NCBI GenBank assembly: GCA_002633005.1
Contig: NMRA01000093.1
Span: 975,366 to 1,039,365 of the forward strand
Direction: 5' to 3'
DNA: 64,000 nucleotides
Origin: Phoronis australis
Lineage: Eukaryota; Animalia; Phoronida
Below are positions 1-13,900 of the stretch, one piece after another. The notes under the pieces are model-generated. The model did not search any database. It saw nothing but the letters and a program-made list of their open reading frames with translations, and had not been told where the DNA came from. The first letter of the stretch is position 1; every line of letters starts with the position of its first letter. Made by a program: the position numbers and the translations under genes.

Positions 1-1712
1 AACTCGGAATGCATATCACCAGAAAAACAACTGTACAGGACAAAATCAAAATTCAGACTCAAAAGAAATGAACCAAATTTGTATTGATAGTTTTCACAAA
101 TATTTTACATCACAACTATTTGCAGCAAGTAATCCATCAGCACTATGCAAAACAAAGCCAGTAATCAATTACCCATATAGACCAGCATAATAGTATAAAG
201 TGGAACAGTCTGTATTCATGGACATAGTAAAACAATGGCAATGTAAAAGCAAAAAGTGCAAATGTTCCATGTTTGTAGCTAACATGTGACTTAAGTAACA
301 CAATCCAGGACTGTCACCTATGTAAACAACACTCACGAAACGCCAAACAAAACCAGATGGTTCATGAGCTAGGGTAACATTTCTAGGAAATTAAAAATTG
401 TATTTCCAGGAATATACTGTACAGATCTTCAGAGTAAGGTAATTTGATGTATTGTGACTTTGCAACCCCTATGTCACAAGTTAGGTGTGGTACCGGCTCT
501 GCTTGATAGGTATAATTGGTTAGTCACGGACGACAACGACAAAATACGAGTGTGGACCGGTTATTTATATATCCCATTATGCCCAAGGAACTTTGGAACA
601 GTATTTTCCAGGAATATCATATTGATGTTGCCTTCAAACCGGTATGTACTTTTGCATCAGTGGTTGGTTAATGCTAAGGACGAGACCACACCAGGTTTTT
701 AGTCAAAAGCCAAAGATTCTAGTTTGGTCAGTAGCATGTGTTAACAGTTTTGAGTACTCTTCGGTGGCCTGCTTGAGTGTGAGAATCTCGATGCATTATG
801 CTCAACGTAACAATTATAAGTATTTGGCCACAAGTTAATACTAGTGTAACAACTTGCATAGTATAATAACACATTATTTAAAAATTTAACAACTTATATT
901 TTAACAACAAGACAAATGTAGCCTACTCAGATCATATCACCACATGCCCTACACAGATCTAAATCAAATAACATTCTGTGGACCAACGTGTCCATATTTC
1001 AACAAGACCTGAACAGGCCAACAACTCCACATCCAATGTCAAATTCATGACAACTTCCATATAAATATAGATGTAGTTCTGTGATAAAATCTCACCAATA
1101 TAGAACACAAAATGGCAGACAAACTAAATTCTATTTTCTCAAATTAATACTTTGCCATATTCAAGTTCTCTACCATAGCTACAATCGTAAAATATGAAAA
1201 TCTGTGAGATCTTGAAAGAACAAAAAAGGATAATTTTAGAAATAATATATGTCCGAAATTGGAGAGATTTTATGGCAGTGTTTGATAACAGTTATTATGT
1301 CTCATTATGAAGTACAAATAAGCTCAACTCAGGCTGAGTACAGGTCGTTATTACAATTCACACATTCAATGAACAACATACTTGTCACTAACACTACTGC
1401 TATAACAATACTATAGAGTGAATTGGCTTATAAGAATCCACCCAATGCAGATCTTTAAAAATAAGATCTTTAAAAACTTTAAAAACTTGATGCACTGAAG
1501 AACTATTGAAGTCTGAGAAAACTTTTAAAGGTGAAATGGAATGTTTTGTAGTGTAAAAATACAAAAAGGACATAATTGTAATTAAACAGTAAAAATGTAT
1601 GTGATCAAGATGATTACCATATGCTTATTAAAGCAACACTTAGTTACAATTTTCTCTCCACACAAATTCACTGTTCGCTAAGTTGACAAACTATACAGCA
1701 CCTTCCCCAGTC

Positions 1713-1930
1713 CTATAGACTAACATTAAACTCCTGAGCGAGGTACTTCAGGATCTTTCTACTCCTCTTATTCTTCACCACAGCAAATGTTTTTTTCAAC
1801 AAAATTTCTGGTGTTTCAGCCTGCTCTGGTTTATCATTTCGAAACATCAGCATTCCTTGGTATACAGCTTCTGCAGGACCACTATCTGCATACCTCATCT
1901 GTAGCCGATCAATATGTGCTTCCAACAAAC
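1713..1930 (-). CDS. Death receptor exon 8 (rest of death domain, stop)
   Basis: Acceptor tgtatttcag|GT; encodes GLLEAHIDRLQMRYADSGPAEAVYQGMLMFRNDK...LAQEFNVSL*, continuing the LR.LGL...ID pattern of death domains. Confidence 0.82.
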
Positions 1931-4900
1931 CTGAAATACAATCACCAGCTTGAAAACACTTAAATTGGAATTGAGTAAAACACCAACAGTACTCCAAAAT
2001 TGACAATTCCACACCTACAATTCCGCACCTACTACAGTATCACTAATAAAACAATACAATCATGGACAGATCCCAAGATTGATACATCAGCGTTCTGTCG
2101 TTCAGTAACTTTTCCAGACGTGAGGGGTGCTGAAGGTGCGATAACATCTGGCTCTTTTGTTAACTGCCCAGCTCAGTCTTTTGTACCGTAGGCCAATTAT
2201 CTCCCAGGCTTCAAAGGAAACGTATGGAGGTTGTACACTATTACCGAACGCATATGAACACAGTCAAACCCAGGGCGTCCGTTTGGACAGAATAGATTGG
2301 CTTAACTTCTGTTGTAGTAGGGCGATTTTGGTGATTCAAAAACGGAGCATGCAGTGGCGGATTTAGAGGGGGGCCAAGGGGGCCAAGGGGGCCATGGCTC
2401 TCCTAAAATTCTCCCATATTAAATTTGGTAATTCAGGGTGCAAGTGTCTGATGGGCAAATTCCTGGCTAATACTCTGCCCTGCCCCCCAACTCAAAATCC
2501 TAGATCCACCCCTGGTCAAGGTTTTGCAGCACTAGCTGCGGCACAGAACAGACATTACGTAGTACGTTTTGTTTGAGTAGACTTGAGTATGTGCGGCCGA
2601 AATTAATAAACTTCAGCACGTGCACTCATATAAATAACCCCGGCATAAATCCTGAAGGTTACTGGAGTGATAGGCCTACACTGACTTATTCAGTTCTGAC
2701 AGTGGCGTTATTTTGAACTCAGGAGACGATTTGTGTGCGTTAAAATATTGCCCTTCGTTTTCCGTAGGATTCAAAAAGATTGTAGGTGATACTCAAACAT
2801 TAAACTAAGGCCGTAAGTTATTTTTAGAAATGCCATTGCTTGAGAGAACGCTTGTTAGCTGTCCCGCCGGTTTTCAGATGTAGCGCAGCTTAGATAACTC
2901 TAAAAACGTTACTAAGTAACTTTGAAACTTGAACACACATCTTAGCCGAGTATCGCTTACTTCTCTCCCAGCCAGTTCTAAATGTTGTCTTGTCTTTTAC
3001 GCTGGCTTTTCCTCCGTGATAATTCTACGTTTCAAACACTCACTGACGCCTTGCTATGCGAGGCTACCTAATTTTATAAGCACCTCCTCGTGATGGTCAC
3101 ATGACACAACTCATTTCCCTGACGCCGGCAAGTGTGCAAAAAAGCCCATTAATTGGTCCAGTTTCATAAAGTTTACGTAAGCAGTGGCGGTTTTAGGGGG
3201 GGGCAAGGGGCCATGGCCCCCTAATTTTCTCGGCAGATTCCATTTGGCAGCTCGGGGGTGCGAATGTCTGCCCTGCCCCCCCCAACTCAAAATCCTGGAT
3301 CCGCCCCTGGCATGATCAGCATTTGACGAGGAATTCAGAAATGCTATTGGCTTAAGCTCAAATACGTTACAACTTAACTTTCATTTTTATCAGCCCAGCC
3401 CAGTCAGTCTAGATACGATCTGATCAGAGATTAGAGCAATTATCGAACAAAAGAGCGCAGGCCCTCCCACCATAAATGCCAAAATGGAGTTAATCAGTTG
3501 TGTAAGATGTTGGCTACGTGGGTAAACTTCCCAACTTGTTGTTGGGCTATAGAATCAAACAAGTTAGGAGCAACGGGATGTCGCCGCCATGATATGGACC
3601 AAGGGAAAGCAATCTTGCCAGCGGCAGAGAGCAACTACACTCTTCCAAAATCAATGTGTATGGAACGTCAATTTGAATTCGTATTTCATAGCAATCCTAC
3701 GTGACTGTTCTTTTGAGAATGCATGCATTGCACACATTTATATTGAAATATACAAGTACCTCGTAACTTACTACTGTAATAACGCTCACATGAATCTTGA
3801 AAACCTTCTCACTTAGGATGTTTATACTCTGGTACCTGGATTAGATTATAATTAGGATTTTAGATGCTTCTTTTACAATTTGCAGTGAAATCTACCATGA
3901 TTGTACTGTAACATGATTTGATTGTATTCTAACATCAACTTCTGGACATACTTGTGCACTGTAGAGTCCAGATTGCAAAACTCGCACAAACGATTGCAAT
4001 GCACACATTCTCAAAATTGCGATGCTATGAAATCCTGCCATGAGCATGTTTGATCTGTTATTTCTATGGCCAGGTAAGTCAATTTTATGCTTATCGGATA
4101 TTATCATGCTGCAAATAAGGCAATCAGAGGAAAGAACTTGTGTGAGTGGCCATGGAAAAACATCTGTTTAATTTCACGAAGAGCAATGAGAGGAGAAAAA
4201 AAATCATTAAAAATTGGCTGGTGACATTTTCCTAGAACAAGCACAAATAATAAGATGTTTTGGAGATCCTTCTTACAATTTAATTGACAGGGGGATGTAT
4301 AACCATCCAGGCTCAGCCATATTCTCTCTTTAATAGAAACATAAATTGAGTATCGTGAAATAGTGCTATCAGAGACTTGGTACATACATGAAAATGCAAC
4401 CAATACTTTTGTGAGCCTTACCTTTGAAATCCCTTAACTCAAAGACTGTGACAGAACTCATAATGTGTATACCTACCCAAGTCTCTCAAAAGGAACCGAT
4501 GCTCTTTTCCAAGGACATGTTGAGCTAAATATGATGCACAATCCAGAAAGTCATCATTACCTGCAAAAGTTGAAATCCTGTGACATTACATGTTGTCCTG
4601 CTGTGAAAGTGGCATCTGAAAGGAAGATTCATCATTTTCTAAATAGAAATTTTCAACAGCACTGATGTATACGACTGTATCTTCACATAGTTGACAATTT
4701 TTTTTTCTATTACTGAATTTTGACATTGTTCTACTATTTACCAATTGTTCTGGCCATTGAGACCGAGACAAAACCAACAATCTAATCAACTCAGTCCTAA
4801 TGGGTCTATAACCCTGTAACTGGACTAAGGGTCTAATATTTTTAATCGAAATCAATCTTATTTTTGGCATTTTCAATCTAATCTACTCTTTTGCAAATTC

Positions 4901-7900
4901 AAAATAAGTGACAATTACCCTGTGTTCATTACATAATGGCTGACATGGATAAATGTCTAATCCTAGTTTGTACTTGATGACCCTATCATAAAGCTAAAAC
5001 TCCAAGTTTTCACTCGAAACTTCCAGTTGTTAAATAAAAAAATAACTGCACGCGGTCTGATACACATTGTACCAGACGTGCGCAGGCCTCGCATGTGGGC
5101 CCATTGCACTGTTCACCTGGAAATATTTTTATGCTTTATTAATATATGGTTGTTACTCAAGCATTGATAACTCGAATACATGGGTCATCAAGTGCAAATC
5201 TGGACTGAAAAATCGTATGCATGAAGCATAACATACTAATAGTCACTTTTTATCATGAATTCACACAATTAAATTAAAACACAAAATGCCAAAAATAATT
5301 AAGAGTTAAGACTCCAGGACCAGTGCATGACGAAAAGAAAACTGGATATATAAATCCTTACATCAATCATGCAAATATTTAAACAAAAACAATTACAATG
5401 AGCATTGTGGCACCCTTGAAATTGCAAAAATAGCCCAATCTGTTCTTGAGCAGCAAAGCATGAGCAGCGCATCATAGGGGGATGGGGGGTTATAGCCTCC
5501 ACCTATTTCAGTGCTGCGCCGACCATGGTCACATAGACGGTGCCCGAAGGGGGCTCAGGGGGGCTAGAGCCCCCATTTATTTTAGTGCTGCACCAACCCA
5601 CACAAAATGATAAATTTTGTAGTACAGCGAGCACCTTGCAGTTCTCAGGTACCACCGATTCAAATTTAGGTTAATGTCATTTTGGTGGCATCACCAGCAA
5701 GGCTGCACAATGTCATGTGCAAGAGTTAGTTTTTAAGCACACGGTTTATTCTGAGTAACTATTCATCAAATTGTCTGGAAAGTTTGTGAAGGTTTGCTGC
5801 TTGCACTGGCAAATGTCATTCGCCTAATAGTACAAGAATATGAAATTCAACAAAAACGTTGCGATATCCATAATACGGTACATTGCTAAAAAAAAAAAGA
5901 GTATAAATCGGTAAATTTTGTTGTTTTATTTACCGATTTATATTCTTCATTTCATGAAACAATAGTATCCTTGGGAGGATCTGGATCGCCTTATTTAGTT
6001 TCAGATATACTTTCTACGTTAAAAAAAGAGGAAATTCGTGAATATTCAAAATCCTTGGACAGCGATTTCTGGTCTACAGATGCAAGAGAATATTGGGCGA
6101 CTTAAAGGCAAAGGCAACCTTTTTTCATGTCACTTTTAGCAAAAATAAGGTTCGTTGATTATCCCAAACACATTTTTCACTTAATTACAGCTTTTCGTAA
6201 TTTGATTAATTTCTCGTCCTCTACTCCGGAAGTGACATTTTAGGAGGCAAGAGTTTCGCGCAAATTTCTTTACATTATAGTCTGACTGTGAGAAATGTCG
6301 AGTCAGTCATTGTTCTACCACGTTATTTTTGCTAAAAATGACATGGAAAAGGTTGCCTTCGCCTTTAAAGGCGAAGGCAATTAACTCTTTTCCATGTCTT
6401 TTTTAGCAAAAATAAGGTTCGTTGCTTACCCCAGACATATTTTCCACTTCATTACAGCTTTTCATAATTTAATTAATTATTTGTTCTCTACTCCGGAAGT
6501 GACGTTTTGGGAGGCAAGCATTTCGCGCCAATTTCTTTTTCATATAGTCCGACTGTGAGAGCTGCCGAGTCAGTCATTGTTCTATCTTGGTTGTGATAAG
6601 TTCGGTCGTCGTTTGCTATTGTTTACGACTCAATTAACATGCCACACTGTTGCTGCGTACCGGGATGTACTCATTATTGTTTCACGGACAGAGGAACAAC
6701 TGTCCCATTTGCCAGAGTGTACTACGACACACTCCCACTGGATAGTGACCTGAGCACACACACACTGCTTACACCCCGCCGTGTGACTCCCTCGCCACAC
6801 ACCTGGCACCTTCTAAATAGCTCCAATACTTTAAACAAGTCCACCATAAACTTATCAAAGTTTGGCTCACTGATCTGTTCATTGAACGATGAACTGTACT
6901 CTTCACTGACTGGACCTGCTTACAGGCTTTGGGCCATAATGAGTACATCCCCGTATGCAGCAACAGTGTGGCATGTTGACTGACTCGTAAACAAAAGCAA
7001 ACGACGACCGAACTTAATTATCACAACCGAGGTAGATCAATGACTAACTCGACAGCTCTCATAGTCAGACTATATGAAAAGAAATTGGCGCGAAATGCTT
7101 GCCTCCCAAAACGTCACTTCCGGAGTAGAGAACGAATATTTAATTAAATTACAAAAAGCTGTAATTAAGTTGAAAATATATCTGGGATAACCAACGAACC
7201 TTATTTTTGCTAAACATGACATGAAAAAAGGTTGCTTTCGCCTTTAACAAGGCGTGGAGCAAAGGTTTTTCACTGTCGTAGGTTGAGTTAGCTGGCAAAT
7301 ATCTGTGCCAACTTTCATGATCCATTGAGCAGTTTGACAGATAGAGAAACGGACAGAAGCGAACAGACTCATAAATAATAAAAATGGCCGCTTAGTGGTT
7401 AAGAAAACCTCAATATATTTAACAAGAGCAACGTGGAGCATTGAAATGCGCCCACGAATGCATCGCAAATGGTGTGCTTTTAGGGTTGTTTATTTGTGCC
7501 ATAAAAATGGCCAATAGATGGCGCAAAAACGTACAATCCATCCCAAAACGGGAACATGTCATTGCTTCTTTAATAGAAAGCAAATTTCATAGAAACCTGT
7601 CATGGAACTTCAGAGAAACAGCGGAAAACCAAATAAAATGAAATTGCCACTAGGGGGCACACTTTTCATTGGATCCGCCTAAAAGTCGCCATTGTCCGTT
7701 TTTAGCTTCATATAAACACACTCACTAATTAAACTTAATAAAGATCCTGCACTGGGTTTAGGAGATACAGCTATGGGTGCAAAACAAAACAAAAAACAAA
7801 CTACCACTAGGAGGCGCCACAGTAGTCAAAGTTGTCATGGTCAACCATCCACTTCACACTGAGAAAATATACGCCAATTTTCAAAATCATCCTCAGAATG

Positions 7901-10900
7901 ATTTGGTTGATAGAGGGATAGACGCCAAAAACAGACTCAAAAACAGCAAAAATGGCCACTAGGTGGCGAAAAATACCTCGATTCCATCCGAAAACGGGAG
8001 CATAGCCTCATCTCACCAATAAACACCCATATTCAAAATTTTATGAAAATCGGTTGAGGACCTTTGAAGATACAGAGGTAAATGTAAAACTAAAATTGCC
8101 AGCAGGGGGCACACCAGTAGTCAGATCCATTCGAAAATCGTTGTCGTTCGTTGACGACATCATAAACACACTTGTTAAATTTAGTAAAGATCCTGCAAAC
8201 GGTTTTGGAGATACAGCCACGGGCAAAAAAAACGAAACTGCCACTAGGAGGCGCCACAGTAGTTGAAGTCATCAGAAAATCATCATCACCAGTCCACTTC
8301 ATAGTAAAAACACACATTTTCACAATTATCTTGAAAGCGGTTTAGTTGATAGAGGGTTGGAAGCCAAAAAACAGACTCAAAAACAGTAAATATGGCCACT
8401 AGGTGGTGCAAACTAGGTCGAATCCATCTGAAAACGGAAAGATAGCGTCACCTCACTAACAGAAGCCTGTACACCAAATTTTATGAAAACACGGTGAGGA
8501 CCTTTGAAGATACTGAGGAAAACGTAAAAAAATAAAACTAGGTGGCAAACCAGAAGTCAGATCTGTCCGAAAGTCGTTGCCATCTCATGTCATCATCATA
8601 TAAATTGCACTTACTAAATTTAGTAAATATCCTGCAAACAGTTTAGGAGATATAGCCATAGGCACAAAAAAATTGCCACTAGGAGGTGCCATAGGAGTCG
8701 AAGTCGTCGGAAAAATCATCGTTAACCGTACTCTTCATAGTACGTACATGCCAATTTTCACAATCATCCTTAGAGCGGTTTGGTGGATAGTGGGGTGGAC
8801 GCTAAAAAACAGACTCAAAAACAGTAAAAATGGCCACTAGGTGGCGCAAACTACGTCAAATCCATCCGAAAACGGGAGGATACTGTGTTCTCACTAGTAA
8901 ATGCCTATATACCACATTTTGTGAAAATATGTTGAGGACCTTTAAGATACAGACTAAAAACGTAAAAAACTAAAATTGCCACTAGGGGGCACACCAGTAG
9001 TTGCATCCGTCCGAAACTTCGCTCATGTCGTTCCATCCAAGAAAGGAACACGGACGTGTGCAAAATTTCACGAACATATGTCAACCAGTTTTGAAGATAG
9101 AGCAGCCGATGCCCGACGGACACCGCCCGGACGGACGGACAGAGATGACGGCATAATGCGTCCAAATACAAATATGTGGGCTCGTAAAAATGGAAAGACT
9201 TCCTAATCTCCGCAATACTGAGAAACCTAAATTCTAAATTTCCTGCAAATCCGTTTAGGAGCCTTGAAGATACATAGGCAAACGTAAAACACTCAAATTG
9301 CCAATAGGGGCACAGCGATAGATCCGTTGTCATTTGTTGTTAGTTTCATAGGAACAGTAACTGCTGTAAACATCCCCTTTCAACCAGGTAAGGATCGATT
9401 CGGAGAAATTAATCTTTTGAATTTCTTCAATGTCCTGTGGCCAGGCTGATAGGTTCCATCCACATTTCAGCCTCACCAGGGGTCATCAATAGAATAGTGA
9501 GGGTAATTATAGTTTCTTATCAGATATCTAAATAGAAGGCTTCAAAGCCTCATGGGATATGATAACTTATGGAAACTATAAAATCTGAGTAGAGGAGTGA
9601 AAATTAGATTAAGATGGTTTTGGAATTTTCAAAATCGGTGAATAGTGATTTGTCGACAAAAGCACAAGCCTTGAGGTAGTCAGTGAAACGTAGTACCCAG
9701 CATGGCTTATATGGAATCTCATTGTACTACATCACTAACTCACAACAGAAACTGAGCCCAAAAGAATGTGGATAATCTGGTTGCGATGCTGCTTAGGGCA
9801 TGTTCACCACATGAGAAGATCCTCCATAGGGTGATGCTGAATGCCATACGCTCGACAACATTATGTTTAATGTGGATGTATAAAAGGCTGTTAAAAGTTG
9901 TAAAGTATTCCTTTAATGCATTAAAATGTTAGGGGTGTTCAATGCGGAGTTCCTCAAATGTTGCCCTCTTGTCAAGTCAAGACGACACCTATAGCTTACC
10001 AGTTTTTTTAAGTTCAGGGATGTTGTGATCTGGTTCTATTGCATCACCTGAAAAACAGAAACAGTGTAGATTGTAGCTTCTACTCATATGAAGTATAACA
10101 TATTGCAAGCTTAGACAGGTATCACAGATTGAATTTTGTACACGCCTGATTGAGTGACCAACAATGTCTTTTTTTCGGAATCTGCTGAAAACTGGTAGAT
10201 GCCATCATCTCTAAAATGGAAAGATTACTGGGGGGTTCTAGCGACAGACAATTCACCAAAAATCGACTGGTGCAGGAACATTGCTGTCACATACCTTTCT
10301 CAAGACACAACGATTGAAATCCGTCAATCGATTTTCCAGATATAATTACTGAAACACTCTTTCTCCCAAAGTTGCTACTAAAAAGTTTTATTGTGGCAGC
10401 GCACTGTCATCACACATCTCAAACTGTAATCATGACAAATTCTTTTTATTAACTTGTAGCAGCACAAAATGAAAGTTAGTGACTGAACAAGGTCTTGGTT
10501 AATTAATGGTGTTGTTTCCAACGTCATTCAAGAGGCAACTTATAGGACGCAGTATGTCACCAGTTCAGATGCATGGAGAAGTGCAACGTACTAAACATTA
10601 ATTTAGATTTGTTTCCGATTTTGAAATTACGCCTTCACCATTTTGAAAATTAACTTAGTGGATAGTGACATAGCTTGGGTTGGGTGTCCATTCCGGGTAG
10701 CACTACGGCAGGGTTGCTGCACTGACGGGGAGGGCGGAAAAAATGACTAGCGGCAAGCACAGAGAAAGACAGAGATTAGAGCTAAGAGGGATGAAGTAAT
10801 TTATTTTACACGATAGACAGAAGCCCACAAGTCGTGGCAAGTACTGCAGTATTATGCTCCACTATAATGGTGATCACTTTTTATTGGTGAATCGCCATAC

Positions 10901-13900
10901 GAGTGGCTTAACCAAGCTCTGTGGACTTTTCAAATGGTGCCCAGTGCATCTTGTACAGTCAGGTAATTTGTACATAACTACTACATCATGGCATTTCAAA
11001 CTTTGCTTGCGTGCTTTTGCACCACTTTTTTAAAAAACACAATACCTCGACTGAAATTGATGTGGTCAGGCACTTTCCCAGGTCTCAAAATGTGTCAGGG
11101 TACAGACCAGAACCAAATATACTTTTTTGGCCAAACAAAAAGCCTCACACTATAATTGAACATGTAGCACGCTCACGATTTTCAAGACAAACCTGAGTTG
11201 TCTCCATCAGGATGATTCCTTCTTTTCCTGAAATGAAATCATCAATGTCATAATTTGACCAAAACAAAAATCACTAAATCCAACACCATAACAAATTTTC
11301 AAGGACAATAGCCAGTATACACTTCACAGCAACTCGAGGTATGATGACGAAAAGGGTTTCCATTTTTGTTGTACATCGTTAAAAAGTTACATACCAAACC
11401 TGAAAAATTGAGGACATTCTAAGTCAATGTGCGTAGTAGTTGGTGTTAAATCCATCTTTTACCATTTTTGATTTGTTTGACAAACACATTGAGGTCAAAG
11501 GCATTTGGTTCTAGGGACTGTTAGTATGAAAATGGAAACAATGTGGTGAAAAAATATGTCTTAGTTGTAGACGAGAGCAATGCAGAGCCCACAAATACAC
11601 TGTAAACGGTGAAACGGTGTGCTTCTAAGAGTGATTATTTGTATCATAAAAAATACACAATAGATGGCACAAAATATGTTGAATCCATCCGAAAATGGGA
11701 ACATGTTATCGTTTCTTTACCAGAACACTATTAAATTTCTTAAAAGTCTGTCTTGCAACTTCAAAGAAACAGAGAAAAATGGAAAAAAATGAAATTGGCA
11801 CTAGGGGCCACAGCATTTGTCGGATCCATCTGCAAGTCGTCGTCGTCCGTTGTCAACTTCATAATACACTTGCTAATTTTAACAAAAATCCTGCTGTGAG
11901 TTTAGGAGATAAAGCTATAGGTGCAAAAAAACTGCCACTAGGAGGCACCGCAGTAATTGAAGTCTGTAGAATCATCAGAAACTGCCCTCTACACACACAT
12001 ATGCCAACTTTCACAATAATCCTTAGAGTGGTTTGGTTGATAGGGGCGGGTGCTAAAAACCAACTAGAAAACAGTCAAAATGGCCATTAGATGGCGCAAA
12101 ATACATTGCATCCATCCGAAAATGGGAACATGACATCATTTCTTTAATAGACGCTTATACTGTAATACCTGTCATAGTAGACGGTTATTCATAAAAATTC
12201 ATGAAAAACCATCAAAGAAACTTCTGAGAAAAAGAGCAAAACAGAAAAAATGTGTTCGTTAGAATCATCTGAAAGTTCGTTGTCAACTCCATAAAAATAC
12301 ACTTGCTACATTTAATAAAGATCCTGCAGTGTGCTTAGGAGAAACAGCTATGGATGCAAAACAACAAAATTGCTATTATTAGGCGCTACAGTTGTTGAAG
12401 TCGTCGGAAAATCATCGTCAACTATGCTCTTCACACTAAAAACATATGTGCCAATTTTCAAAATCATCCTTAGAGTGATTTGGTTGATAGAGATCCGCAC
12501 ACCAAAACAGTAAAAACTGCTACTAGGTGGCATAAAATAACTTTGAATCTATCCAAAGACGGGAGGACAGCATCGATTCACTAATTGATGCCTATGTACC
12601 AAATTTCATGAAATCCGTTGAGGACCTATGAAAATAAAGAGGCGCGGTAATCGGATCCGTCGGAAAGGAAATTCGCCGTCAGCTTCACAGGACCACAGTT
12701 GACAAATCTCATCAAGATCCTACTATACGAGGGGTTTAGGAGATAGAGCTGCGGACGCCGGATGCTCAGACAGAGATGACAGCAATATGCACCCACATAT
12801 AAATATATGTGCATAAGAATGGATAGGCATCATAGTCTTATTCACTGAAACCTATTTGCTCTGAAGATAGAAAGGCAAACACAAAATTTAAATAGATTTG
12901 GCAACTTTGATGCACAGCCGTAGTAGGATCCAAAAGAAGTTTTCATCTGTTGCCAAAACCATAGAATACACTTATTGTATCTCACAAAGAACCTCCAAGG
13001 GGTTTAAAATTGAACTGTGGATATTAAAATTTGTCAGAACACCTGTTAATTTTCTTCAAGATCCTTAGAGCAGTTTGTCGTACAGAGAGACAAATGTCCA
13101 TTACGCGGCACAGACTATCCTTAATTCATATGAAAATAATAGAAACCTATTTACTAAATTTCATGAAATTCTGTCAAAGAACTCTGAAAACAGACTGAGC
13201 TAAACGAGTAAAAAATGAATATCCACCAGGAGCACAGCAGTAGTCATATTTGTCAGAAAAGTTGCTGTCATATATCCTGTAAGGTCAGGTACAGTGACAG
13301 ATGCAAAACAACGAAACTGCCACTAAAGGGCACCACAGCAGTCAGGCTTATGCCATTTAATGTCCGCTGTGGTCTATTAGGTAAAATGTCCCAATTTCAT
13401 AACGATCCTTTGACCAGTTTGGCAGATAGAGGTGAATGTCGAAAATGGACTCAAAATAAATAAACTAAAAAATAGCCACTTGGTAGTGCAAAATAAGTCA
13501 AATCAGTTCCAACGGAAAGGCATTGCCATCTCCTTAATAGACACACATTTACCAATTTGAAATTTCATTAGTATCTATCAATTAACTCTGAGATAACCTG
13601 CATGAGAGACATGTGTTCAAAATAGAATTGCCACCAAGGTGCACTATGGTATGCCGGTCAGTCTGAAAATTGTCGTCTGTCATCAACTTAATAGCACAAC
13701 TTCTGTCAAATCTCATTATAATCCTGCAGAAAGTTTAGGCGATACAGCAATAGAATCCAGACAGATGGATGCACGGACATATACAACAATGTGCACATGT
13801 ACATATGAGTGCATAAAAATCTGCTACAGTACAGAACAAAAGACACTAGATAGAATGCCATTTCCCACCATGGCTTCTGCCATAATTATGACTGGTAATG

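Noticed and set aside
1713-1850. TRAF- or PDZ-binding motifs in the receptor tail (PEQAE, terminal VSL)
   Set aside because: Poor or low-information matches that lie within or at the end of the predicted folded domain.
4104-4403. ORF with vaguely death-domain-like SDSTISRY...IKERIWLSL as an alternative last exon
   Set aside because: Weak acceptor (accaag) and it loses the LG motif; exon 1713-1930 fits far better.
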